Translations under genes and position numbers: made by a program
Notes under the pieces: model-generated
Database searches by the model: none
What the model was told of the DNA's origin: nothing
What the model saw: only the letters and a program-made list of their open reading frames with translations
Assembly (NCBI RefSeq): GCF_963921235.1
Contig: NC_086107.1
Location: forward strand, 50,592,001-50,656,000
Length of the DNA: 64,000 nucleotides
Reading direction: 5' to 3'
DNA from: Mobula hypostoma
Lineage: Eukaryota
Shown: one piece after another, positions 1 to 12,555 of the stretch
How the letters are laid out: every line of letters starts with the position of its first letter
Position numbering within the stretch: position 1 is the first letter of the stretch

Positions 1-498
1 AAAACACTTCACTGTGCTCTGAAGGAAAACCACAATTCAAGAGGTGTCATGCTTGGAATGATATATTAACTCAAGACATTCTTTCATCACTTAGCTGAAC
101 TATGTTTCAAGTAAGTTCTTCTAAAAAACCTTTCAACTTTAATCAAAACCACAAAGAAAACAAGATTGATTGGATAAGCATTATAATTACCCTCAACAAA
201 TCTGTTGTGCAAAATTTGCCAGTATTATGAACACTGTCCTGGAGATTCAATTGAACGCTGCTTGATTTTATTTTAAGTACTATGGGCATCAATTATAGTA
301 GAACTTAAGCTGTGCAGAGATTGTCTCTTGATAGACAATTTGACCATGCTGTTTGGTGCATGGAAATTGTACATGCAATGCGTAATAGACCGTGAAGATA
401 ACCTATGTCTCTGCCATTTACCAAACCTCTGGATGGTAGATTAGATGTTTACTGTGAACAGTAGAATAACTTCAGCACCTGCATTATCTAGAGTAATA

Positions 499-3124
499 AC
501 TGGTAAACAACAGATGGTGCAATCCTGGGCATATTAATATCAAGGAACGTGTCTGTAGCCCGGATATTGAACTTTTGCTGTTGGACTCCGGCCATATTAT
601 TTGCCAAGGGAAATCTCGCGTGCAATTTTGGTTGTTGTGTACATCCCTCCCTCTGCCAACCCGACGTCAGCATGTAACAGCATTTACACCATTATAGCCA
701 GATTACAAACCCAGCACCCGAGTGCCCTCATTACCATCTCAGGTGACTTCAACCAGGTTACCATGGCTAGAACACTGCCCAACTTCACGCAGTATGTGAG
801 CTGTACAACCAGGGGGGAGAGGACTCTGGATTTGATGTACGCTAATGTTAAGGATGCATACAGCTCCTCTCCCCTCCCCCCACTGGGAAGGTCAGATCAC
901 AACCTGCTGCATCTAAAACCCTACTACGTGCCTCTGGTGAAGAGTAAACCTGCAACCTCGAGGACAGTGAGGAAATGGTCGGAGGAGGCTTATGAGGCGC
1001 TCCAGGGTTGGTTTGAGGTGACAGACTGGCAGGCACTCTGTCAGCCACATGGAGAGGATATTGATGGGCTCACAGAGTGCATCACTGATTACATCAACTT
1101 CTGTGTGGACTGCAATGTTCCGACAAGAACTGTCCTTTGTTATTCAAATAACAAGCCATGGATGACAAAGGACATTAAGGACATCCTGAACGCTAAAAAG
1201 AGGGTGTTTAGAGATGGAAATAGGGAGGAGCTGAGGGCAATAGAGAGGGACCTGAAAGCCAGGATCAGGGAGGCTAAAGACAGGTACAGGAGGAAGCTTG
1301 AGTGGAAACTCCAGCAGAACAACATGAGAGAGGTCTAGAGGGGGATGAGGACCATCACTGGGTTCCGGCAAACTAGCGACAGAGGAGCTGAAGGCAGTGT
1401 GGACAGGGCCAATGAACTTAACCTGTTCTTTAACAGATTTGACATTGTGGCCCCTGCCCATCCCCCACATGAGCCATCTGTTGTCGGCCCCCAACCAACA
1501 TATATTCCACTCTCCCCTCCTACCTCTCCTCACAGTCCCCCACCCTGCTCTCATGACTATACCCCTTCCCCACACGAAACCACCACAGTGGGCTTCACAG
1601 CTGAAACATCTCAACCCAAGCAAGGCTGCAGGACCGGATGGTGTCAGTACCAAGGTGCTCAAAGCCTGTGCCCCTCAGCTATGTGGAGTACTTCGCCATG
1701 TATTCAACCTGAGCCTGAGGCTCCAGAGGGTTTCTGTACTGTGGAAGACATCCTGCCTCGTCCCTGTGCTGAAGACGCCGCACCCCAGTGGCCCCAATGA
1801 TTACAGACCGGTGGCATTGACCTCCCACATCATGAAGATCCTGGAGAGACTAATTCTGGAGCTGCTCCGGCCTATGGTCAGGCCACACTTAGATCCCCTC
1901 CAGTTCACCTACCAGCCCCGACTAGGAGTTGAGGATGCTATCGTCTACCTGCTGAATGGTGTCTACGCCCACCTGGACAAGCCAGTGAGCACTGTGAGGC
2001 TCATGTTTTTTGACTTCTCCAGTGCGTTCAACACCATCCGCCCTGCTCTGCTGGGGAAGAAGCTGACAGTGATGCAGGTGGATGCTTCCCTGGTATCATG
2101 GATTCTTGACTACCTGACTGGCAGACCACAGTACGTGTGCTTGCAACACTGTGTGTCCGACAGAGTGATCAGCAGCACTGGGGCTCCACAGGAGACTGTC
2201 TTGTCTCCCTTTCTCTTCACCATTTACACCACAGACTTCAGCTACCGCACAGAGTCTTGCCATCTTCAGAAGTTTTCGGATGACTCTGCCATAGTTGGAT
2301 GCATCAGCAAGGGAGATGAGGCTGAGTACAGGGCTATGGTAGGAAACTTTGTCACGTGGTTTGAGGAGAATTATCTGCAGCTTAATGTGAAAAAGACTAA
2401 GGAGCTGGTGGTAGACCTGAGGAGAGCTAAGGCACCGGTGACCCCTGTTTCCATCCAGGGGGTCAGTGTGGACATGGTGGAGGATTACAAATACCTGGGG
2501 ATATGAATTGACAATAAACTGGACTGGTCAAAGAACACTGAGGCTGTCTACAAGAAGGGTCAGAGCCGTCTCTATTTCCTGAGGTGACTGAGGTCCTTTA
2601 ACATCTGCCAGACGATGCTGAGGATGTTCTACGAGTCTGTGGTGGCCAGTGCTATCATGTTTGCTGTTGTGTGCTGGGGCAGCAGGCTGAGGGTAGCAGA
2701 CACCAACAGAATCAACAAACTCATTCGTAAGGCAAGTGATGTTGTGGGCATGGAACTGGATTCTCTGACGGTGGTGTCTGAAAAGAGGATGCTGTCTAAG
2801 TTGCATGCCATCTTGGTCAATGTCTCCCATCCACTACATAATGTACTGGGTGGGCACAGGAGTACATTCAGCTAGAAACTCATTCCACCTAGATGCAGCA
2901 CAGAGCGTCATAGGAAGTCATTCCTACCTGTGGCCATCAAACTTTACAACTCCTCCCTTGGAGGGTCAGACACCCTGAGCCAATAGGCTGGTCCTGGACT
3001 TATTTCATAATTTACTGGCGTAATTTACATATTACTATTTATGGTTCTATTACTATTTATTATTTATGGTGCAACTGTAACAAAACCAATTTCCCCCGGG
3101 ATCAATAAAGTATGACTATGACTA
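499..3124 (+). mobile_element. Rex1/Babar-type LINE, 5'-truncated (APE endonuclease C-terminal part + RT), frameshifted
   Basis: Translates as NNRWCNPGHI..LRPYYLPRE, GDFN, LGRSDH (APE), then KAAGPDG, YRPVALTS, FFDFSSAFNTI, GAPQETVLSP, KFSDD (RT). Ends with ATCAATAAAG + (TATGAC)n tail. Internal stops and frameshifts. Confidence 0.92.
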
Positions 3125-4574
3125 GAGGTATTATCAATTACTTGAAACATCTCTCCAGACCATCCAGGAGGCAAAACCCCAGCTAAAGTTGCACAGGACC
3201 AGATCCAGGACAATAGTCAAAGAGGCTGAAGGAGGAGGGGTGGAATTGCTCAAGGAGGGAGCCCCTACTCTAAGAGGCCCGAAAGATTCACATCCCTACA
3301 TCAACCTATCAGAGGCAAAGGAATATATAAGCATCAGTGACAGATCTTTCATCATCTACCAGTATAATCTAGTAATGCAAACGTGCCCTGGATCCAACCT
3401 CTAAATAATTTGGAGACTGCAACCATGCATGCTATCTGCTCATTAGAACTGTTAGTCATGGCAGAGTTTTGGGACCACTTAAAGGGCTACAAACACTAAA
3501 GTGGAGAGAGATAATTATGCAGGAAGAGTTGTGCATAGTGTTTGACTATATTGTAAAAGCTGAATAACTGGTGGTGTAGGGAATTGAAGGTGTGTCTGCT
3601 TAAGGCTTGCAGATGTGCCATGACTGCAAATGGAATTACAGACTTTGAGTGTTAGATATGAATCCTGAGTGATAAGTATTGACAAAGGTGATGATGAATT
3701 AAGGTGTGTCCAAATTGAGTGGCACAGATTTTAAAAATAGCATTTTAAAGATTCATTCTTTGACCACATGCCCGAGGTCACACAGCTTCATACAACATGA
3801 ACATTACATTCATATTCTTGGGGCTCATTCTTGGCAATGACTATCAAATATCAAACTGAGCATCCCTTCCCATTCTTGCACAAATCATACTGCCTAAGAG
3901 CTCTTTGGGTTGAAGAGAATCATTTTGCTCAATTTGAGATTTCATAACGAGTATCATTCCATGAACTCACAATGGCCTGTAACTTCTAGTGAGAAAATTA
4001 TTGGAAACCTTCACCTGCTCATAATGTTGATTTGCCAGTGTCAGTTTTTGATTTTCTGTGGAATTAAACAGATTGCAATGGATTGTAATAAAGCAGCTTA
4101 ATTAAAACATAACAAGGAAATAGACTCTGCATTTGTAATAGCTCTAATGGCTCTAATCTTGTTCTGACTCACTGAAATTACATGGAAGTCAACTTCTGAT
4201 ATAATCATATACTACATTATGTGATTTTATAAATGAATTAATAAAATGTTTAAATTGTCAAACTGCTTAAGATGTGAACTGTATTATTGCACTTCTTTGG
4301 AGCCTGTTAATGGTCCCAGCTTGATATTTTCTTTATTTTAAGCTTTGTCTTCCAAAGTTAAGTGAAGATTACATGTGGCCATCTCCAACTCATGACTTGC
4401 ATAAAAGTTATTACGTTTGATGGTGAACATTTAAACTATGGCCAATATTCTTTTAGAAACTTTGGCATGTACAGCATCAGTACATTTAGAATCAAGACAG
4501 GCGTTTCTCAAGCAACAAACAATTTAGTGCAGGAATGGAGAGATGGAGCTACATATGTGAGAGGAGTGAAACTG

Positions 4575-5840
4575 GAGTTGTTTCAGGTTGAAACCGGAGA
4601 TGTTTTAGGTTGAAACCCTGCATCAGGACTGAGACTGGAAAGGTAAAATGACCAAATTTGAGAGGAGAAGTGGAGCAGACAGAAAGGATCCCAAGGTCTT
4701 GATGAACTGACTAAGATTACAGGCAAGTGGTGTCAGGTAGGGGAGGTGAGCGAGTGTGTGGGGGCAGCTGGGGAAGTTCGAAGACTGTGGCAGGTGAATG
4801 ACAGGTGGAGACAAAGGGAAAAGGAATAAAAACAACAGATGGAGCAAGATGGGGAAGGGTAGTGTGAAGGGAGGGGTCTGGAGTGAGGATGAGTGTGGGA
4901 TAAAAATGAGAAGTTTAGAGGATCAGAAGGAAGCAGTGGGGAAAGAAGGAAAAGGTGTGGGGGGGGGTGAAATTACATAAAATTGGATAATCCAGCCCAC
5001 TGAGTTATTGACTACCAGGTGGAATAGAAGGTGTTTCTCCTTCAGTGTGCATTGGGTTTTATCCTGGTGATAGAGAAGACAAACGATGGACAGGTTAGTG
5101 TGGAAATGGAAAGGGGAGTTGACATGAGAGTTCAAGATGACAATTGTGGACTAACGTAGGTGTTCTGCAAAAGAGTTGCTGAGCCTGTGCAAGGTCTTTT
5201 CAATGTAGAGGAGACCACATTGGGAGCATTGAATGCAGTAGGTAAGGTTGGAGGAGGTGCATGTGAACTTTTTGCCTCGCCCGAAAGACTGCTTAGGTTC
5301 CTAGATGGTGGTGAAGGAGGAGGTATAATGGCAAGAGTTACATCTACTATGAGGGCAATTGTCAGGGAGGGATGAGTGTGGAGGGATAGGCAGACTACAG
5401 AGTCGCAAGAAGAGTGGTCCCTGCAGAAGCCGAATAGGGGTGGGGAGGAGAAGATGTGGCTGGTGATGAAGTCATATTGCAGCCAGCAGCAAGGACGCTG
5501 CATGCAGAAGCTCACAGGGTGAAAGGAAAGCACCAGGAACTCTATCTCACTTCTTTCTGGGAGGAGGCAGGGTAGGAGCTGAAGTACAAGAGACAGAGGA
5601 GATCCACCAACCACAATTTTAAACAAAACACCTCAGACATCCAAAAACAGATGTCCGCTATTTTAAGTGCTGATGCGGCAGACAGAGAAACTGGGAGCAA
5701 AGAGTGGCATCCTCACCAGAGACAGGAGAGGAAGAGGTGTCGTCAAAGTAGTGGTGGTTTATAGTAAAGGGACATAGAAAAGGGAGAGGAGTGCCAGAAA
5801 TGATCCATGTGAATTTGCAAGCAGAGCGGAAGATGATGGA
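4575..5840 (-). mobile_element. Decayed Penelope-like element (3' part, GIY-YIG region remnants)
   Basis: Reverse-strand similarity to the Penelope copies at 28454-29630 and 38180-39972 (e.g. LKEKHLLFHL ~ LEEQHLIFRL), a purine-rich tract, and a degenerate hammerhead remnant near 4580-4632. Confidence 0.7.
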
Positions 5841-5869
5841 GGAGGTTAAAGGGAGTTAAAGCAAAATCT

Positions 5870-7340
5870 GGCCTTGAGTTTTGAGTGTATAGGGAGTGTA
5901 TAGGGGCTAAGGACACAGCCTTGTGAGGCACCAATGATTTGTGGCAGTGGTGTTGCTACCTAACGTTACTGATTGCAGTTTATTGATAAATAGATAGATA
6001 TTTTATTGATCCCAAAGGAAATTACCATATCACAATAGCATTACAAGTGCACAAATACACAGGTATATAAATATTAGAAGAGAAGTAAGAAAGAATAAAA
6101 ATAAGTTGCCTCAAACAGTCTAGCAGCAGGGGGTCATCATTTTCCTGGCTATAGGTTGACTCATTATAGAGCCTAATGCCCAAGGGTAAGAATGACGTCA
6201 TATAGTGCTCTTTGGAGCAGTGCAATTGTCTTAGTCTATTACTAAAGGTGCTCCTCTGTTTAGCCAAGGTGGCATGCAGAGGGTTAGAAGCAGTGTCCAG
6301 AATTGCCAGGATTTTCAGTAGGGTTCTTTGTCCTGCCACAGCCTCCAGTATGTCCAGTTTGTCTCCTATAACAGAGCCAGCCTTTCTAATCAGTTTATTG
6401 AGCCTGTTGGCATCACCCACATTGATGCCATTGCCCTAGCATACCACTGCATAGGAGATTGTACTGGTGTCAACAAACTTGTAGAACATGTGAAGGAGAG
6501 GCCTGCATACTTCAAAGGACTTCAGTCTCCTCAGGAACTGCCCTTCTTGTACACAGCCTCTGTGCTGGTGCTCCACTCAAGTCTGTCATCCAGGTGCACC
6601 CCCATGTACTTGTAGGTCCGCACCACATCCACATCCTCACCATCAATAGTAACAGGGAGCAATGCAGGCTTAGTCTTCCTAAAGTCTATCACCATCTCCT
6701 TTGTCTTACTGATGTTGAGCTGCAGGTGATTCAACCTGCACCATTTGACAAAGTCTTCTACCAGGGCCCTGTATTCATCATCCCGTCCTCCAATACACCC
6801 AACTATTGCTGAGTCATCAGAGAATTTCTGCAGATGACGTGACTCAGTGTTAAATCTAAAATCTGAGGTATACAGATTAAACAGGAAGGGAGCCAATACA
6901 GTCCCCTGCAGGGCCCCAGTACTGCTCATAGCAATGTCTGACACACAGCTCTGAAGTTACACAACTATGGTCTGTCTGTCAGGTAATCCATTATCCAGGA
7001 TATAATGGAAGTGCCAACCTGCATTGAATAGAGCTGCTCCCCCAGCATCAAGGACTATATGGTATCGGTCAAGAATTCAGTGATCCCATTGCAACTGGAG
7101 ATGATGAGTCTGAGGTTCAGGAGTTTGAAGATAAGTTTGTGTGGAATTATCGGATTGAATGTGGAGCTGTACTCAATGAATGATTGTCTAACATAGGTGT
7201 CTTTACTGTCCATATGCTCCAGAGATGAGTGTAGGACCAGCGAGATGGAATCTGCCATAGACCTGTTTCAGTGGTAGGAAAATTGCAGTGGGTTGAGGTA
7301 GTCAGGGAAGCTGGATTTAACGTATGCTATGACCAATGTT
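5870..7340 (-). mobile_element. Old Rex1/Babar-like RT fragment interrupted by a younger LINE at 5988-7054
   Basis: Minus strand reads DSKDTYVRQSFIEYSSTFNPIIP..EFLTD (7055-7258) and continues at ~5985 as QSVTLGSN..GASQGCVLSP. Confidence 0.65.
5988..7054 (-). mobile_element. Rex1/Babar-type LINE 3' fragment
   Basis: ORFs 6531-6944 (GALQGTVLAPFLF, QKFSDD) and 6022-6420. The 3' end on the minus strand reads GGGATCAATAAAA + (TCTA)n. Confidence 0.88.
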
Positions 7341-7842
7341 GTTTATTTTAAATTTCTATAGTGTCATTTCCTGTCAACTTGCACTTGGAGAATAATACAG
7401 GTTCAGTGCAAAGTTGATTTTGAACTCAAAGGTGGAGTAAGTTCAGAAATATTACTCATTCTCTATCATAAATAGCCCTCAGCTTTTGCAGAAGTTCAAT
7501 CATTCACCTGGATCCTCTACTGACCATCAACATTACCCTTCCACTCCCCAGCTGAGAGAGTATAGCACAAATCTCCTGAACACGCACAGCTGTAAGTTTA
7601 CTCTGATATTTTAGGAGAGCAAGTTACCTTTCAATTTATGCACAATAACAGACCACTGTTTAATTAATGTAACAATAGGAGCAACACAGAGGAAAGAAAG
7701 GCTTCATGTGAGTTCATAGACAAGTAATTGACAAATAATTATCACAGGATCAATTATCGATAATTGAAATAATAATTCAATTTGCGTTTGAAAGCTTTGG
7801 GTCTAAAGCAGTCATCTGAGCAATTCCATTCCCCCATTTATT

Positions 7843-8682
7843 TAGAAACATTGAAAACTACAGCACAATACAGGCCCTTCAGCCCACAATGCTGTACCAA
7901 ACATGTACTTACTTTAGAAATTACCTAGAGTTGCCCATAGCCCTCCATTTTTCTAAGCTCCATGTACTTATCCAGGAGTCTCTTAAAAGACCATATCATA
8001 TCTGCCTCCACCACCGGCAGCCCATTCCATGCACTCACCGGTCTCTGCATAAAAAAAACTTACCCCTAACATCTCCTCTATACCGACTTCCAAGCACCTT
8101 AAAACTGTGCCCTCTCATGTCAGCCATTTCAGCCCTGGAAAAAGCCTCTGACGATCCACAAGATCAATGCCTCTCATCATCTTATACACCTCTATCAGGT
8201 CACCTCTCATCCTCCATCGCTCCAAGGAGAGAAGGCAGAGTTCACCCAATCTATTCTCATAAGGCATGCTCCCCAATCCAGGCAACATCCTTGTAAATCT
8301 CCTCTGCAGCCCTTCTATAGTTTCCACATCCTTTCCTGTAGTGAGGTGACCAGAACTGAGCACAGTACTCCAAGTGGGATCTGACCAGGGTCCTAAATAC
8401 CTGTAACATTACCTCTTGGCTCCTAAACTCAATCCCACAATTGATGAAGGCCAACGCAACATATGCCTTCCTAGCCACACGGTCAACCTGTGCAGCAGCT
8501 TTGAGTGTCCTGGACTCGGACCCCAAGACCCCTCTGATCCTCCACACTGCCAAGTCTTATCATTAATACTATATTCTGCCATCATATTTGACCTACCAAA
8601 ATGAACCACCTCACACTTATCTGAACTCCATCTGCCATTTCTTAGCCTAGTTTTTCATCCTATCGATGTCCCACTGTAACCT
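7843..8682 (-). mobile_element. CR1 LINE 3' fragment
   Basis: HFGRSN, LVRSHLEYCAQFWSP, QRRFTRMLPG, RMRGDLIEVYK motifs. CR1-type 3' UTR (GGGCTGAAGGGCCTGTATTGTGCTGTAG). Confidence 0.9.
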
Positions 8683-8804
8683 TTCTCACATACCCAGCAT
8701 CTGCACCTTGATTCTCCTACCACCACCCTAGATGAGGGGAAATCCAGAATAGACATCGAGTCTTCTAATCAAGACATCTTTGGGATGTGGGAGAAAGCCA
8801 CATG

Positions 8805-9380
8805 AGTAAAAAGAGATTTGGCATGTCGACGAATACACTCAAGAACTTCTATAGGTGTACCGTGGAGAGCATGCTGACAGGCTGCATCACTGTCTGGTAT
8901 GGAGGGGCTACTGCACAGCACCAAAAGAAGCTGCAGAAGGTTATAAATCTAGTCAGCTCCATCTTGGGCACTAGCCTACAAAGTACCCAGAACATCTTCA
9001 GGGAGCGGTGTCTCAGAAAGGCAGTGTCCATTATTAAGGACCCCCAGCACCCAGAGCATGCCCTTTTCTCACTGTTACCATCAGGTAGGAGGTACAGAAG
9101 CCTGAAGGCACATACTCAGCGATTCAGTAACAGCTTATTCTCCTCTGCCATCCGGTTCATAAATGCACATTGAAGCTTTGGACACTACCTCACTTTTTTT
9201 TAAAAATATACAGTATTTCTGTTTTTGCACTTTTTTGTAAATCTATTCAATATACATAACTGATTTACTTGTTTACTATTATGTTCTATTTAATTTATTA
9301 TCATTTTTTTTTCTCTCTACTACATTATGTATTGCATAACATGCTGGTGATAATAACCCTGATTCTGGATTCTGGTTCTG
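8805..9380 (+). mobile_element. Rex1/Babar-type LINE 3' fragment
   Basis: FYRCTVESMLTGCITVWYG..FSLLPSGRRYRS C-terminal motif; tail GATAATAACCC(TGATTC)n-like. Confidence 0.85.
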
Positions 9381-9385
9381 AAAAT

Positions 9386-9476
9386 TCATGAGGCCACAGG
9401 AAGAATCTGCAGATTTCACACAGACAACACCTGAGGTCAAATTTGAACCCTGATCACTAAGGCTGTGAGGCAGCTC
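9386..9476 (-). mobile_element. tRNA-derived SINE head fragment (HE1/V-SINE-like)
   Basis: Reverse complement GCTGCCTCACAGC..CAGGGTTCAAATTTGACCTCAGGTGTTGTCTGTGTGAAATCTGCAGATTCTTCCTGTG has a B-box followed by a V-domain-like body. Confidence 0.65.
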
Positions 9477-10739
9477 TTGGGAACAGTGATTTTCTGCTTT
9501 GTAAAACAAGTCTCATAAAGCTTTAAATGCCAAAGCATGCTTTTGAGCAAACAGACTGTGTATCCTAAACTTAGACATCTGATGTTCCTCTGAAGATTTT
9601 ATCGACCAGGTAATTATTGTAATTTAAACTTAAATCCCATTTGGTTCATTTCACCAAATTAATTGAGAAAAAAGTGCATTAAATTAGATTCAGCATCTTC
9701 AGGAATTGTTGCCAATGATAAATCTCTGCCCGACCTGCAAATTTTCCACCGACAGGATTCTAATTAAATAATATATTTAACAGCTTCTTTGAAATATGCT
9801 AATTTATTACAAATGCGAATTTTTCACAATTTTGCTCTTAGAAAATGGCAAGCTGCGTAACCCATTCAAGAGGCGCAGAATTGAGTTGCTGTCAATATTG
9901 TGCAGCAGAATTTACAATATTGACTCTAAGATTTTCATTCAGTTTTCAATAATAGTTTTTCTGTCGACAGATATGTGTTAAGTGCACATTGGTATGACTT
10001 ATTTTCAATATTTTTTCCTGTGTAATATAGCGAAAGCTGAAGACAATCACAATTAATAAAGTAATTTATAAAATTCAAGTGAAATGAGGAGAAATTAATC
10101 CTAAATTGTTGTATTTTCAGATTAAAGGTACATTTATGTTTAGTTACATTCTTTTCAGGAATTGTCCATTTTTTTCTACCTAGTGCTTCCAAAGGTGAAT
10201 CTTAATTATTGTTTTGATCATTGTGAATCAATTTTACCACATTATGTTCTGTAATAATTATTTGTCAATTATATTACCATGAATTCACAAGAGCCATTTC
10301 TTTCTGTTTCTCATATTATTACATTAGTTAAACAAAGCTGTGAAATTGTTGAAAAGTAACTTGCTCTCCTAAAATTCTTAGATTAAATTTACAACTGGGT
10401 TTATTCAGGCTCTGTGCTACATGCTTTCAATTGGGGAGTGGGAGGGGAATGCTGATGGACATTGGAGGATTTAGGTGAAGGACTGATTGAACCTCTGTAA
10501 AATTGAGGGATATTTAAGATAGAGCATTAGTAACATTCCTGAATTTATTCCACCTTTCTGCTCATATCAACTTGCAGTGTAACTGCAAATTTACAGGAAA
10601 ATGCAGGATAGAGTCTTAAAATAAACACTTTAAATAAATAATTATATGTAGCAGTGAGGTGCATATTTAGAATACTAATGCACTGCTATTCATTATTTTG
10701 CAGCATTACATAAATGTTTGCATTATTACTTTTTAATGC

Positions 10740-10863
10740 AAATTTTGTATTCTTTTTCATATCTCAATGCTTATATTTTGTATTTTAAAGTACACATTTC
10801 TGACTGAGCAACTTTGCAACAACAATTTCCTTTGGGATAAATAAAGTTTTATCTTATCTTATG
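10740..10863 (+). mobile_element. Rex1-type 3' UTR/tail remnant
   Basis: AATTTCCTTTGGGATAAATAAAG + (TATCT)n, the same terminal motif as the other Rex1 ends in the window. Confidence 0.55.
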
Positions 10864-12114
10864 AGTAAATGATATATATTTTCTACCAAATTCAGTCTGC
10901 ACATTTGTGCAACTACCCTTTGCTAAAACAAAAAAAAATTGAAAGCTTAATGATTCAGTTTGTAAAGATATTTTCCACCAAGGTTCACTATACATCCACA
11001 GTACTTAAGAAAGCAGTTTCTTTCTTTAGAAAAAAAAACTGGTTTAACAGAATTGTAGAGGCCAAAGCAACTGTAGTATGGGAAGAAATATCTTGAGCAC
11101 AGTAGGTGATGGGTTATAGCTCCTCAAGCAGATTAGTTGTTGCTCCAGATTCCAACATCTGCAGTATTTTGTGTCTCAGTCCTGTGGAAATTTTATAGCC
11201 CTTTCACTGAAGTACAAATATAGGATAGTTTTATTTAATTATTGATGCTAATAAGTAACCAGGGTCCAATAACAGAAGCTGTTAAAAATCTGTTCAGTAT
11301 TTCTATTCAGCATGATATTATGGGACCAAGTTTTGTGTCTTTTCTGTCATTATGACCACAAATGATATTGAGCATGCAACATGAAACTAGCCATGAAATT
11401 AAGCAGCAAAGACTGTCACAAAATTCTACCCTTAAAATTGGCCCCAAAATAAAATTTTATGATATGGTGGATAGTCTGAATTCAAAGGTACTGTATATTC
11501 CAAGAGGAAACCAACATCCAGCTCTGATCCCATCCTTGCCACTGAATATTAACCCTTTCTATAACACCCAACTAATTCCAAATGCCAGAATGAAAGCAAC
11601 AAAATCTTTGTATAATTTTGCAGATCCCCTCCAAAAGGACCAGTTCTTCTTTCCACCTGCTCCATTGCTAAGAATTTAAGAACACATTGATCAGATAGCT
11701 GGTCAGAAAGAGAGAATGCCTCTTGCAAGAAGAATGTTCTAACTGGAAGCAGAAAACATTATGGTTGATGCTGCAGAAAATGTTGCACTTCCAGACTATC
11801 AGAACAACAGATAGAACAAAGTTGACCATGTAAAACCATGGCTGACAGCAGAAGTACGTCAACCACAAAGAACTATGGAGAATATATCACTATGTGCTTG
11901 ACTTCACTTCACTTCAGCAATATAAAATGTTATCACACCAAGCAAGCTCAGCAAAAACTGAGACAAACCAAGAGATAAAATTGTGAAAGTAACAGGCGAA
12001 ACAAAGGGTGATTTAGATGTGTTCTATCTCTCCAGGATGGGCACATGAAGACATATAATGTTTTGGCACTTTATAGAATGATAGGACAAAATCAATTGCT
12101 CTCTTTATAGTAGT

Positions 12115-12345
12115 TTTAGTGTGTTTAGTATCTCAGAAATGTTTGAGTAATATTGTAAATATATTGTTTGATTAATCATTCTGTTTACATAATTCAGTAT
12201 GGGTTTTATGTAAGAAGCACGTGAATTATATACATCATTACACCACATGTCATATGTGAGCACCTCACTAAAGAAAACTAAGCAGACCATTATCCTGGGC
12301 TCCTGTGTTGTCTTTTCAGTAGTTGCTGATTTTACTAAATAGAAC
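12115..12345 (+). repeat. 5' LTR of the Gypsy element
   Basis: Aligns by eye to 20261-20488 (shared TGTAAATATATT, ATACATCATTAC, CATATGTGA.CACCTCAC, AGACCATT). Confidence 0.8.
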
Positions 12346-12521
12346 TGTGGCAATGACAAAAAATTAAAATGAACCTAAGACAATTACCTTGAGGTTGAAG
12401 CACACCACATTTTTTTGTTGGAATGGGAGAGGGACATTTAAGTTAATAAAAGGCCAGAAAATGGATGAAATTAGCAAGCAACATGCATGGCCATTGGTTC
12501 ATAAACAGTGAATATAATAAT

Positions 12522-12524
12522 TAA

Positions 12525-12555
<31 letters not shown>
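12522..12555 (+). repeat. (TAAA)n microsatellite
   Basis: About 8 direct TAAA units in the Gypsy leader. Confidence 0.9.

Noticed and set aside
8787-9173. ALKBH8 N-terminal (DUF1891)-like host gene, also 32393-32929
   Set aside because: This motif is the C-terminal region of Rex1/Babar LINE ORFs and is followed by LINE tails.
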